Source: the human T2T-CHM13v2.0 reference genome, Homo sapiens
Assembly (NCBI RefSeq): GCF_009914755.1
Contig: NC_060938.1
Direction: 5' to 3' (one strand)
DNA length: 64,000 nt
Within the stretch, counting starts at the first letter, position 1; each line of letters begins with the position of its first letter. The notes beneath the pieces are model-generated. The model had not been told where the DNA came from. It saw only the letters and a program-made list of their open reading frames with translations, and searched no databases. Positions 31,795 to 46,158 of this stretch are shown here, one piece after another. The position numbers were made by a program, and so were the translations under genes.

Positions 31795-33089
31795 CAGATA
31801 CACATCTTCACATGTACTCGCATGCACATGAATACCAGCACTCTGTCAAACATTGTTAACACTTGAATCGCATGTTTTTGGGGATTACCACTGTGACACT
31901 CTTTATCAACTGGTACAATCAGCAGTTTAGCATATTTTGGAGAATTGATTGATGCATATTTATTAATGAGGGGAACAAGGATGTGACAATACAGAATAAA
32001 ATAGAGAAAATAACTTTTTATGGAATGGGAATTATGACAATAAAAAGAGAAGAGAGGCCGAATGCAAAAGCCACGTATTAGCTGCTTGCAATCTTGGTTT
32101 TACTCAGTGTCCAGAGACATAAGAAAATGTGGCAGCCTCTCAACACAAGAAGAGGATGCTAGGTAGAGCCAGGTAGCATATCGGAGTCTCACCCAGCCAA
32201 ATAGACTGAGTTGCAAAACATTGCACCTGTGCTTGCAGAGCAATGTGGTGCTGAACACAAAACAGAATCAGAAGGCAAGTCACGCAAAAGGCTAACCTGG
32301 TCCATAAGTACCCAAAGATGAGTGTAGGCACATATAATACAGAACTGATAGCCATGTTTAAGGCACAAATACTATGGCATTCAGAGCTGTCATTTTCAAT
32401 TGCTGACTGGTGGCCATAAGCTTGTTGGTTTATTTGCTTGCCTGGACATATTTTTCCTCAGAGTTTTCAAGCTGAAAATTTGCATTAGTGTTTATACCTA
32501 AGAAGGGAAACTGACTTGATATGTCATAGCAGTGACATCAAAAATCACTGAGAAAGTATTTGTAAATAAATTAAATAATGAATATTTTATACTGTTTACT
32601 ACATTTAATTCAATAGGCAAAATGAGTATAGTAAATAAAACTGCAAAAATATAGAAAAGGGTGGAAGTGAAACTACTTTCTATATTTACAGAATGGAAAC
32701 AAATTACAATTATACAATTAATGTATACAGATGTAAAGGTAACCGTTCCTCAAAGTGTCATTAAAGGTAAATAATAAACACATAAACAACATTATTACAA
32801 ATGAAACACACAGTTTCAGTATGAATAAGCTGTGCTAAATTCCTAGTAGCTAATAGGTAAAGGGAATTGTCAGACAATTCAAAGAACAAAAAGTACGGCT
32901 CAACAAAAGGAAAGTTTCAGGCTCATCAGTACTCAAAGACAAGAGCATTAAGTGACAAAATACAAGCATTTTCATACTAAAATGCCAGGTTCTTATGAAC
33001 TTTACACTTATCTATGGATGGATAACAAAATGGTTTCAATTGTTTGAACTGCGAGTCATCAGTCCATATCAAGAGTGTTAATTTATTAA

Positions 33090-33945
33090 CCTGTTCTCCA
33101 TCTTTCTTGGATGTCTTTTAGGAATTATAAAATATCTAAGATAGACCTTCTATTTCCATTCTATGCTTGCAACTTTTAAAATTATTTCTTATATTGATAA
33201 ATGTCAGCATAGCTCTTCCAAATATCCATGTCATCTAATCTAGAGAAAATCCAGTATCTCCTATCCATTATGACAACTTCTCTTTCCCTGAAAGACATCA
33301 TGCTAGTCCAAGCCACCATCTGGCACCATCACCCGGACATCTGTGATAACCATTTTACTGGTTCCCTGTTTCTCTCAGGCTCCTCTACTACTTTCAGTGA
33401 GCAACCGAACAATCTTTCAAAAATTCAAACCAGATCATATGATTCCTGTATGTACAATCACAATCTATTGGTGCCTTTACATCATGATTAACAGGAAATC
33501 TCATCTTACACTTACCAATAAAGCTGTCATAATCCAGTCTGATTTTCTTGTGGACCCCACCTATTTCTTTCTTCCTTACACATAATACTGTGGCCCTCAC
33601 GGTCTTCTTACAGATCTTTAAGCATGACTTCAGGATAATTATTATTGCCCCTCCCTCAGTTTGCAACACTGATCTCTTACATATACTTGTATCTTACTCT
33701 CTCTATATGTTCATGTCTCAGATCAGGAATACCCCCCTTGGGAGAGCATGTCTATCCTGCTCTATCCCCTTCCTCTGCTTTAATATTCCACCTAGTGTTG
33801 ACCACAATTTTACATTATATCATATGTTCTAGTCTATCTCTTTATTGTCTCTCTCACTAGAGTTTAAGATCAAGGAATGCAGGTATTTTTCTCTCTTTTT
33901 CTAGGTATTTAATAAATATTATTTAAATAACTGGATAAATTAATT
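33090..33945 (+). mobile_element. L2 LINE 3' fragment
   Basis: ctagtccaagccaccatc, aatctttcaaaaattcaaaccagatcat and ctctctcactagagtttaagatc...taataaatatt are L2 3' motifs. Confidence 0.75.
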
Positions 33946-34076
33946 AATAGGGAAGTATCAGAATTAACTCAAATGAGCAACAACAAAAATAGCTAAATTA
34001 AATGGAATATTGCAAATCATATTTGCAAAAAATATTTAGTAATGAAAAATAGTTAATATTAACTGAATTAATCTAA

Positions 34077-34416
<340 letters not shown>

Positions 34417-34699
34417 TTACCAAGCATTCTTATACAAATAAACAGAATCTTAAATTACAGTAATTATTTCTGAGCTATAATACTAAGGGTGATTTTTTTT
34501 TGTTTGTTTCATATAAACATCTTTATCTCACAAAATTTTTATTTTTCTTTAATGTTAAAAAAAAAATCTCAGTCAGAGGTCTGAAACCAAGCTGAGGTCC
34601 AACCAGGCTTGTCATCTGTAGAACTGATCAAGATTAGATAAGATCAAAGTAAAAGTGGGCATTCAATTAAAAAACCTCCAGTGAATCAGTATGCCAGGT

Positions 34700-35140
34700 A
34701 CCTTTAGTTTCTTCTTCCAGGTCTACTTTCCAACTTTCACCACTCTGCTGTCTGCTTTAGAAAGCTGATGTGTGAGAACACATCAAGATAGCAGTCTTCG
34801 TGCAATCTTGGATTTTCATTTCAGCGAATAGAGAAATCTCTGTCGGACACTGAGGGCCACAGGAGAGTTTCTTAATCTCCAGCTCCCTCTCTGTCAAGCA
34901 GCCTACTGCTGTCTCCTGTATTGGAAGGCCATCACTCCTCTAGAGGAAGCTGAAACTACTCATCTCTTGCTGTCTGCACACACTCTTCTTGACATTTTCA
35001 GGTGGCAAGCACTCAATTTACTAAGCTCTCATTACTGCTTCATCCCTGTGGTCTTCATATGTCAAATTTTGGTAAGCGGAACACCTTCCAATTATTATAT
35101 CCCGTCTATGCTTTGTTTTCTATAGGGACCCTTAATGAGA
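34700..35140 (+). mobile_element. LTR33-like ancient LTR
   Basis: Diverged similarity only (ctccagctccctctctg; ctttgttttctatagggaccctta). Confidence 0.35.
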
Positions 35141-35789
35141 CTGCTCTGGTGCTCAGTCTTATATCTTCTCAACTTACCCTTTTACACCAGGCATAAGTGA
35201 GGCAAGGAAATAGAGTATGCTAAGGGTATCCTTGCATTACCTTACATGAGTTGCACCATGAGTTTCCCTGTTTTAGCTCCTGGGCTCTGGGCGTCTCCAC
35301 ATGGAATGTCTCCAGGAATCTACCCAACTACTCTGATGCATGAATGAACTTGGAAGTAAGAAAGTTAACAAACCATGAGGTGACCTCTTACCAATGAAGG
35401 ACAGGAGTTGGTGAATACTCTCCTCTCCTTTATATTACAGTGACAATTCTGAGTGCTTATTTTACTTAGATATTGCAGTGTCTCAGTAGGATTTAACCGT
35501 GGGTTTTCATGGCAGTGAACGAGCTCAGTAATGTATCTTTGGATTGCCAAGAATGGATGCCTCTATCCTTGTCTTATTCTTCTAGGTTGCCATACTCTTC
35601 TAGCTGCCATGATCTTCTAGGTTGCCATACCTCTTGAGAGAATCCCCAATAAACTACCTCTTGCAAACATCTGTCTCACATATTCTTTTCTGGAACGATC
35701 CCAAACTTGGCAATACCATTTTGATACACACATTACACAGTCACATATACACACAACACACGAGTTTCATTTAATATCAAGAAAATTTG

Positions 35790-35927
35790 TTGTGCCAGTT
35801 CCAGCTACTCAGAAGGCTGAGGAGAGAGGTCCTCTTGGCCCAGAAATTCGAGGCTGCAGTGAGCTATGATCATGCCACTGCACTAAAGCCTGGGCAACAG
35901 AGTGAGAACCTGTCTCAAAAACAAAAG
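35790..35927 (+). mobile_element. Alu right monomer (FRAM/AluJ fragment)
   Basis: ccagctactcagaaggctgagg...ttcgaggctgcagtgagctatgatc...cctgtctcaaaaa. Confidence 0.85.
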
Positions 35928-36697
35928 CTCATTGCATAGAATTATTAAATAAATTATCATTGAGAACTGTGCAGTGTTTCCATCCCTCTTTCTGATGTGC
36001 TCCCCTCCTTGACCTCTACCCAACATTTCCGCCCTCCGATTCCCTCATTCTCACCATATTCACATGAATGGGAATAAATATACTTCAGTGCATATTGAGT
36101 AATCCATCAGTAAATTTTTCCAGTATGGTTTCTGACAGGTCTCAAAGAGGTTCATAAGAGCATTTTCCCTGAGGGCAACAACACCTTTAGCCAGAAGTAC
36201 TAAAACCTTTTAGTGAAAGGGAAATTGGAAAAACGTTCATATTCTCTACATTTTCAAAATTGAGTACATTTAAACTTCAGTTTCCAGACTTAGAGAATAA
36301 ACTTCTAGCCTAATTTCCATAGCGAAGCCATAGGCAAACAGGTGCTGGAAAGAATTCCAATCCCTCCCTTTCACAGCCTGGCCTACAGGAGTCCTGACCA
36401 GTTTGTGAGTGTCTGCAGTAAGGGCTGTGCAGGCCAGGTCTGAAGGTGGTATTGTTTCATGCAGAGCAGTTGGAGGTTTCCATCACCCTTGCTGATTTCA
36501 GAGGACAGGAGTTTGAAGTGTTTCTCCTGTAGAGAGAGGACCAAACAAACAAACCAGACTAACATCACAGCTAGGATTAAACACACACAGCTGCTGTGAA
36601 CATACCCAAGTATAAACTCTTAAAAAGATAAAACAGTGGGTGAAATATCAGCATGACAGAAGTTTTCATATTAAATCATACAACTTTGATTTTCGTC

Positions 36698-37008
<311 letters not shown>

Positions 37009-37852
37009 TGATTTTCGTCTTTTAGTAAATTAGTTTTCACTGATTCTGGTTACAGTTAGGAAGCAGAGAAACAGAAGTATTGGAACAGCAAGAAGGATCT
37101 GTTCTTGGGCCATTTCCAAGCAAGACCTGAAATGGGAACTCCCAGGGAGGAGGCAAGAAAACCTGATCTTGTGAGATTTCCAGAGTGGCTTTGCTTCTGA
37201 ATGAGTTCTGAGTTTGCAGAAGATGCCATTTCATAGTGCTTCCTTGGTGCACTCATATAAACCTCACATCATTTGAGGTTTGCCCTTCTCCCTTTCAAAA
37301 TGCATCTTGTGTTACAAATTAGTGTAAACAGCAAAGGTTATAATCTCCCTCCCTTCTTAATTCTGATTTACATTTACAGGAAAGTCAAGCGGAAAACCAT
37401 GAGCTGGGAAATACCACTCATCTGCAAAGAGGCATTACTGTTCCAGACCTGGGGGCTGAATAATGTAGTTCAAAGTCCCATCTGCCAACCTCACTGATCC
37501 CCCATCTCTCTGCCCACAGCACACACACAGCTATCATTCTAGTGCCATTTTACAGATTTACCTGACTTTCTAAAAGTAATTGGTTTAGTGTCACACTCAT
37601 GTACCAGTTATGGGGAACATCTATGAGGCCCTGAGCATCAGACAAAACAGGAGGTCGCTCAAAGACTGTGTATATTATGTTCTCCTTGGCTACCAGTTGG
37701 CTTGGGGAGTCTGTTTCTATTGGGAAAGCAGTCGATAAAACTAATTCTTGCTCACATTTGTTTAAAAAAAAAAAAAAAACTTCTCTGACCACAAAATTCC
37801 CAAGATAAAAAAATGTAGCCTATATTTTGGGTTCCCCATGATAGTCCATTAG

Positions 37853-38137
37853 TTTCTTTCTTTTTTTTTTTTTTGAGATAGAGTCTCGCTCTGTCGCCCT
37901 GTCACCCAGGCTGGAGTAGAGTGGTGCGATCTCGGCTCACTGCAACCTCCGCCTCCTAGGTTCAAACGATTCTCTTGTCTCAGCCTCCTGAATAGCTAGG
38001 ATTTTTTTTTGTATTTTTAGTAGAGACAGGTTTCGCCATGTTGGCCAAGCTGGTATTGAATTCCTGACCTCAGGTGATCCGCCTGCCTCGTCCTCATAAA
38101 GTACTGGGGTTACAGGCATGAGCCACCGTGCCTGGCC
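37853..38137 (-). mobile_element. AluS (Sx/Sz-like) with internal deletion
   Basis: Antisense Alu; gctaggat joins directly to the central T-tract. Confidence 0.9.
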
Positions 38138-39611
38138 CCATTTATTATTTTCAAGCAATGAACACTGGCAATATTATCCTTCTGTCATTGTATGGGACTG
38201 TTATACACTAAGCACATAGGCATTAAAAATACATCAGAGACATATTTACAGTTATATGTTCTCCTTTGGAATTCCTGTCACTTCTTATTAAAATGTCACT
38301 GAAGATTTGAAATGTTTTCGTTTTTATTTTCCCTTTCCAAGTTGTCTCATAGTCAACAGCTTAGGATTTCCAGTTGTAAATGTTACTGGAAATTACAAAA
38401 GAATATTTATTAAGGTCTTCAGTTTTTTACCTGTTGTAACTTTATGAATAAAGTTTTTTCTTTTTTTTCCTGACAAATATGTTTGTTTTCTGACACAAAA
38501 TCATTTGGAATGGGGAAATGGAAATGTGTCAAGAGAGATAAATGAATGTGTTTAATTGTTTAGTCACAGAATTAAAAAAATCTAAAAATTAGGGGAAAAA
38601 TATTTTCCTTACTTTTTAAAGTACAAGCCTGGTTTTCTTTACACCTACAATGTTGAATAGAATTGTTTTCTTTAATTAGGAAAAGTTATAGAAGATACAG
38701 ATTTAATACCTCAATATTTTATGGAGAAAATTCATTATTTGGAAGTAGCATAAAATGGGGATTATATTGGTTTTGTTTTATTGTTTTTGCCTTTTAAACC
38801 TATGGCTGCAATTTACTGGAGGAGACAGTTAAGCCATAGTTCCTTTCCATTATTAGCACGCTTCATTACTTTGCAGCTCTGTTATTTAGGCCTTAGTGAT
38901 AATAAGATGAATATCACGTTATACCATATGCCATAATCAAGTAACGAGCTGTATTGGACATTTGTTAATTGCCTTTCCAACATACATTTCCTATTTTTAT
39001 TTGAGCAGTACATCAATTTCCATCTAGCCTCCACTCCCAACCCTCTGCCCCATTCTCAATCTAGTTCTAGTAAGACTACCTCTATTTCCCCTTACAGGGC
39101 TGGAGCTTGTGATTTAAGTTATATGAGTGGTTAATTCCCATGAACACAGGAACCAGTTCAAGGACAGATGTTTGACCTCAGTTTAGCAGACAGAGTCAAC
39201 AGCACTGGATTATGAAACCTTTCTTTGAGTCACATGATGACAATCAAGTTACTTTCACTACACTTGGTTTTGTAACGATATAAGCCTGAAGGTGGCAGAG
39301 AAAACAATGTTGAATCTGGCAATGAAGCCCACTTTTTAAAAAAATCTAGGTAAGTAAAAATCTATAATTGTCCCTGGAAAAACTATTGAAAGCAAGGGTT
39401 AACAGTGCTACATTTACATTTTAACTTCAAATTATAAGTATACACTATATTTTATCAAAACATAGATGCAATCACATGGGATTAGAGCAAATTCTAACCT
39501 ATCTGCACAACTCCAGTGTCTTCTGAAGGATTTCTAGAAAAATCCTGCAGATTTTCTATTTAGAAGAAATTTTAGTTGAATAACTACCTAATTTTTCTAT
39601 TTAGAAAGATA

Positions 39612-39759
39612 CATATATTTGTGTGTTTGTATATATGTACATATGTGTGTATATATATTTAGTATATACATACATATACATGTATGTGTATGTAAATATA
39701 CACACACCCCAAACACATACACATATAGATACACATATACATACCCACACACACACACA
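39612..39759. repeat. Degenerate (TA/TG)n-(CA)n simple repeat
   Basis: Directly visible. Confidence 0.85.
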
Positions 39760-40437
39760 AATAACTCTCCTCTTTTTAGGATTCTATCAGTTACATATAC
39801 TTAATACTGTTATTGTAAGAAAATCCCTCCAATTCTCCAATTAAAACTAAAACCAAAATAAAACTAAATATTCTGAAAGAGGATTACAGGATGCACCAAA
39901 GTTTTCGAAGACCATTAAGATGACTTGAATTACATAAATAATATTATGAAATAATCAATGTACTTTTTTCCTAACATATATTTCAGTACTTATTCAAATG
40001 TCTCCTATTTCTTAAAAGTTGGCCAATAAGAATAAGGAAACAGTACAAGGAGTTAGATCAATAACTTCTTCTTCATGGCTTGATTTGCTGAGTGACAAAT
40101 GATCACTCCATTTCAAACAAAATCTCCTGTATACTTGATAGCATTGTACAATTTAAGGAGTGGCGGGCTACAGATTAAATGCAGCTACAAGTTGAGAAAG
40201 ATAATATTTAGACTATGACAAAAGTACTAATTAACACGCATTTTGTTAGCTTGTAATTTTGATATATCAGAGTAATTAAAACAGGCAAAGATGTCACGAA
40301 AATTTAGGACAGATATATTGTGATAAAGGGAGAGAAGTTCAAGGTTTAGAATCTGAAGAATTGTGGGTCTCTTCCTAATCTAACTTGCTTAGCTAACACA
40401 TTTCACAAGAACACTGAACCTTCAGTGAACAGCATGA

Positions 40438-40798
<361 letters not shown>

Positions 40799-40984
40799 CT
40801 ATTTTTTTATGTTTCTCTCATGATTAAAGTACATGTAAATTTATTCATAAGGTTGTGAGTCTAGCTTTAAAACCAACTTTTTGGCTTCTTTCTTCCAGAA
40901 TGAGTGATCTTCTCTACCTCCATCATTAGTAGATGGGGTGTCTTCTTAATCACTTTCAAGAGAAAGAAGCCATACTTTGAATCT

Positions 40985-41250
40985 CAGTAGACTCTATCTG
41001 CAGTTTTGTTTACCTGTAGTCAACCACAGTCAGAAAATATTAAATGAAAAATTCCAGAAATAAACAATTCATAAGCTTTAAATTGTTTGCTATTCTGGGT
41101 AGTGTGCTGAAATCTTGCACTGCTCCACCCAGGACATGAATTACCTCTGTTAAGTTTATTCATGCTGTATATACTATCTGCCCTACACAATGTGAAATAG
41201 GGAAAATACATAATATATAGAGAGAGTTCAGTACTATCTGTGGTTTGTAA
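40985..41250 (+). mobile_element. MER44-type (Tigger7-derived) DNA transposon fragment
   Basis: gtcaaccacagtcagaaaatattaaatgaaaaattccagaaataaacaattcataag and ttcagtactatctgtggttt. Confidence 0.75.
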
Positions 41251-43041
41251 ATGTAATAAACTATTTGACATGAAACTTCTGCAGCTGTGCGTGACTGCAG
41301 TCACTAGTAGTGTCACATGTGTTTCTTTTCATGGACAGTTTTACTCTTTCTTCCCATAATATTTCCATAGCACATGTTTTACAAATGGGTTTTACATGGT
41401 TATCTGCAGGAATCGGTTTTATTTGTTTTTTGTTTTGTTTTAGTTTGCTTTGTGTACATGTGTCCATATGTGTGTGTGTCCTTCCGTCAAACATATGACA
41501 CTTCTTCCTTTTCTCTCCCCACCTCAAGGGCATTTGTTCTGTGTGGCCACTGAACGGCAATTAAGTGTTTTCTCTCTGAGAAGGTGGATTATTAAGGGGT
41601 TGGTAGCCAGTGCAGATTGCTTTTGATTCATGGACAGGATTTCAAGGGACTTTACTAAAAGAAAACAGAGAAATATCTCACGTTGTCTTCATCAATTCAA
41701 TGATTTATTAACAAAACTTGTAACTGTGCCTGGTTTTTAACAAATGCAAAAGAACAACAATTTACACAATATTATTCATTCCAATAGAAATGCTTACATT
41801 TCTGTTATGAAGTATCTGGTTGCACTTATGAAATAACCTTGCAATTTCTTATGCCGAATACCAGTACCTCCAATATTTTTCTCAGGATTTGCCCTCTTTC
41901 TGCCGAATTTCAACCGAAAGAAATCCTTTTGGAAAATACATTGAAAAATGTTTATAATCTCTCATGATACTGCATTGTGTTGCAGATTCTCATTTACATG
42001 TAAGCTCTCTTAGTTTTGCTCCTCACTGCTTTGTAAGTGTTCGGCAACACACCAGTTGAGTGAAGGGGAACAACAATCTTGTCTTGCACTCTGCTTGGCC
42101 TTACCTACCTTGGAGATAAGATGGAGTTCAACTGCATGAAATGGAACTGTTTGGCAAATAAAGTAACATAGGCATTTAAGGAAAGGAGAGTTCATAGTTA
42201 ATTAACTGATCTATATATTTTCCCCTACTTGAAGAGTGCTCCCACTATCAAGTAGAGAGTTAAACTGAATTTCTCTGAGATGAGATTATAGAAAAGCTTC
42301 ATTCCTCCTTGTTCTACTTATCCTTAGCGCTACTAGTTATTAGCTCATAACACCAACACTTTCAATAAAAACTCAATCTTGCTTACCAAGAAAGGTATCC
42401 TGGTTTAAAAATTCTAATATCTAAGTAATCAAAAGTTGTGTACAAATTTGGCTGAGCATTCTTTTTCCATTTTTTAAAAAAAATCTCTGGACATTTACCT
42501 GAGAATATTTTAACCAATTTATTAATTGAAAAAGGGATTAATACAAGTTTTCCATAGTCCATGTGTTCAACTTTTTTTTTTTTTTGATAGCCAAGCTAAC
42601 AATTTTACTTAGACTACTGGCCTTAAACAAAATGTAGCACAGCAAAGAAAACAAACAAGCAGCAGCCAATGAAAGAGCTACAAACCACACAGAGTGGAAC
42701 AGGAGGCAGAAGTAAAAAGTAGAAAACAAAGAAGAATGTGTGTGAGCCCTAGAGGGACTCTTGCAGTGAGCCTGCGAGCCACTGAAAGAAATTTGGAATC
42801 ATCTAAGGTCTTTTTACCTAACAATATACAAAAGCATCCATGGACTGAATTCATTTAAAATACATTTATTGAGAGAAAGTGCTTTTTTGTCTTTTTCCTA
42901 ACATGGCTTCCTTTGCTATGAACTTCCTGGTCCCAAAGCCTATGCTTAGGCTCCTCATTGTAGAACAATTCGTTCTGAATTGAGTTGTTCCTTCTTTTCT
43001 CCTGGCTAGAATAATGAAAATTGTATTTTAGTAAGGTTATC

Positions 43042-43470
43042 TGCATTAGTTTGCTAGGGCTACCTTAATAAAGTGCCAAACAGGGTGGCTTAAACAACAT
43101 AAATGTAATATCTCACAGTTCTGGAGGCCAGAAGTTCAAAATCAAGCTGTCAGTAGTGTTGGTTCCATTTGAAGGCTGTGAGGGAAAGATCTGTTCCGGG
43201 CCTCTTTCTTTGACTTGTAAATGACCATCTTCTTCCTGTGCTTTCATGTCATTTTTCCTTTTAATGTGTCTTTCTTTCCCCATGCATTCTTTTTATAAGT
43301 TCACCAGTCATATTGAATTAAGGCCTATCCTGATGACTAATCTGTACTTAATTAGTTACATCTGTGATAACCCTAGTTCCAAAAGCAGGTCACATTGCAA
43401 GGTACTGGTGGTTGGAATTTTCAAAGTATGAATTTGTTGGGGAGTGGGGGTTACAATTCAACTTATTACA
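43042..43470 (-). mobile_element. MLT1B/C MaLR LTR
   Basis: tgcattagtttgctagggct...ctcacagttctggaggccagaagttcaaaatcaag...caattcaacttattaca. Confidence 0.85.
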
Positions 43471-43718
43471 TGTTATATTTTCTGTATAACATGCTGCCAT
43501 TCCTTTACAATTTTTCCACTTCTAGACAGTAACATAAGTGAAGCTTTACCCAGTGGAGTAGAACTGAAGCAATATTAATTAGTGATTATACTCATTGGTT
43601 CTAGAATTGTCAGAGATGTTTGAACAAGAGCAACTCCATCTTGGAGAGGGGCTGAGTAAAACAAGGCCGAGACATACTGGGCTGCATTCCCAGGAGGTTA
43701 GGCATTCTAAGGACTTAG

Positions 43719-44250
43719 GGCCCTCCAGACCCCAGAATGGTAGATCCACTGACAGCTTGCATTGTGCACCTGGAAAAGCTGCAGGCACTCAATGCCAGCC
43801 CATGAGAGGACCCATGGGGTCTGACCCCTGCAAAGCCACAGAGACAGAGCTTCCCAATGCCTTGGGAGCCCACCCCTTGCATCAGCATGCCCTTGATGTG
43901 AGACATGGAGTTAAAGGAGATTATTTTGGAGCTTTAAGATTTAACGAGCGCTCTGTCCACTTTGGACTTGCAGGGAGTCTATAGGCCTTTTGTTTTGGTC
44001 AATTTACCCTGCTTGGAACAGGAGTATTTATCCAATGCCTGTACCCCCATTGTTTCTTGGAAGTAACTAACTTGTTGTTTCTTTTACAGGCTCATAGGCA
44101 GAAGAGACTTGCCTTATCTCAGATGAAACTTGAGACTTGGACTTTTGGGTTAATACTGGAATGAGTTAAGACTTTGGGTGACTGTTGGGAAGGCATGATT
44201 GGTTTTGAAACGTGAAAAGGGCATGAGATCTGGGAGAGGCTGGGGTGGAA
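43719..44250 (+). mobile_element. THE1/MST internal sequence, 3' portion with polypurine tract
   Basis: cctccagaccccagaatggtagatccac...ctcagatgaaact...gagttaagactttggg...ggctggggtggaa directly precedes the LTR. Confidence 0.88.
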
Positions 44251-44616
44251 TTATATGGTATGGCTCTGGGTCTTCACCCAAATCCCATCTCAAATAGTAA
44301 TCCCCGTAATCCCCACTTGTTGGAGGAGGGACCATGTGTGAGGCGATTGGATCATGGGGGCAGTTTCCCCATTCTGTTCTCATGATAGTGAGTGAGTTCT
44401 CATGAGACCTGATAGTTTTATAACTGTTTGACAGTTTCTCCTTCACACATTTTCTCTCACCTGCTGCCATGTAAGACATGCCTGCTTCTGCTTCTGCAAT
44501 GATTGTAAGTTTCCTGAGGCCTCACCAGCCATGTGGAACTGAGTCAATTAAACCCTCCTTTCTCTATAAATTGCCCACTCTTGGGCAGTTATTTATAGTA
44601 GTGTGATAATGAACTA
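44251..44616 (+). mobile_element. THE1D/MSTA-type 3' LTR lacking its terminal bases
   Basis: gattggatcatgggggcagtttcccc...gattgtaagtttcctgaggcctc...gagtcaattaaacc; ends gaacta without the final ataca. Confidence 0.88.
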
Positions 44617-44925
44617 TCTCATCTTCCTATCACAAGATGAGATAGGAGGTCAGCACAAGACACTGGTCACAAAGACCTTGCTGATAGAACAGGTTGTGGT
44701 AAAGAAGCTGGCCGAAACACGCCAAAACACACCAAAACCGAGATGACAATGAAAGTGACCTCTGGTCATCCTCACTGCTCATATGCTAATTACAATGCAG
44801 TAGAATGCTAAAAGACACTCCCAACAGCAACATGATAGTTTATAAATGCCATGACAACTTCAGAAAGTTACCCTATTGGGTCCAAAAATGGGAGAAACCC
44901 TCAGTTCCAGGATTTGCCCACATCT

Positions 44926-44934
44926 TTCCTGGAA
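44926..44934 (+). promoter_or_regulatory. GAS (STAT) motif TTCCTGGAA within MER41B
   Basis: TTCNNNGAA at the position of the known MER41B tandem GAS sites; the upstream partner ttccaggat (44905-44913) is broken. Confidence 0.55.
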
Positions 44935-45939
44935 AACTCATGATAAACACCACTTGCTTAGGATATAATCAAGAAATGACTGTAAGTGTAATCACAGTGA
45001 GCAGACCAAGCCACAGCTCTGCCTATGAAGTAGCCATTCTTCATTCCTTTACTTTCTTAATAAACTTGCTTTCACTGTACTCTATGGACTTGCCCCAAAT
45101 TCTTTTTTGTGCAAGGTCCAAGAACCCTGTCTTGGGGTCTGAATCAGGACCCATTTCCAGTAACAGAATCATACCCACCTGTATGTTTTTTTCCTCCTGG
45201 TGTTGCTACTTTTTAGCTCTGTGACTTGTGTTTCTTCATACGTAAAGTAGAAATAATCCCATCTATCATGTTAAGTGCTTAGCCACTTTACACATACTGC
45301 ACTTATAAATATTTATTATAAAATATTATGGAAGAAATAAATTGCCTTCCAAATCTAGGTAGTAGTCCATACACTTTGATTATGAATCTTTACAATTCTA
45401 GCAAAGAGCACCTAGCTAGTTTGGAAAATATAGAGACAAAGATTTACCTTTGTTTGGAATATGAGAAAAATCTTGCCAAAAAGGGCAAGGATTCAAGTTT
45501 TACAGATACCTCAGGTAAATCATAAAAGACACTTGAATTCCAAGTGTTTTTATTTTATTATTTTATTTTATTTTTTGTCTCTGAAATTAGGTAATGGCCT
45601 CATCAAAGAGTCAGTTGGACACTCTTCTTTCATCTCTCCAAACCCGTTTCATGGATCAATCCAGATGAAAAGCAAAGGAATCAATCCTTAGGAAGAGAAT
45701 AGTACCCATTGAATCTTGTGTTTCTACCCAAAACCCCTGCAGTAATATCTAACTGCTTCCAAAGCATTGTAGACATGCTAATTCAATCTCATCATTTCTA
45801 CTTCAAATTTTTATATTGAGAAGATGTCCATTTCTGCTTGCTCTGACTTTTAGGGCACTTTATTTATAGTCAGCTAATACTGATTGTCGGTCATCTAGAT
45901 CAAAATCTAGGTGAGCTCAGAAGTGTTCTCCTTTTTTCA

Positions 45940-46130
45940 CAGTAATAACTTTTCAGGATTTGATGTAAATATTTCACACATATTATCACATTTAATACTC
46001 AGATCAATGCTTTTATGTGAGCATTAATATGATTATCAAAAGTTGGGGGAAGAAGAGAACCGGCTTGAGGAGGCTTATATTGCCCAACTTCTCAAAGTAA
46101 ATGGTGAAGATAGAACTTCAAATCACATCA
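45940..46130 (-). mobile_element. MIR fragment
   Basis: tttcacacatattatcacatttaatactca...ttgcccaacttctcaaagtaaatggtg. Confidence 0.55.
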
Positions 46131-46158
46131 GCATGACCCTATTACCTTCCCCAAAACC

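Larger units (their letters stand above)
43608..45165 (+). mobile_element. MER41B (ERV1) solo LTR, interrupted at ~43711-44629
   Basis: tgtcagagatgtttgaacaagagcaactccatcttg...ggacccatttccagtaaca; 4-bp TSD gaat on both sides. Confidence 0.9.

Noticed and set aside
32140-32355. Hydrophobic 71-aa minus-strand ORF in unique DNA
   Set aside because: No recognisable homology, splice context or pseudogene hallmarks (poly-A tail, TSD).
43595-45224. 129-, 109- and 139-aa ORFs
   Set aside because: They lie almost wholly within MER41B and THE1/MST sequence, some crossing element junctions, and show no recognisable protein family.
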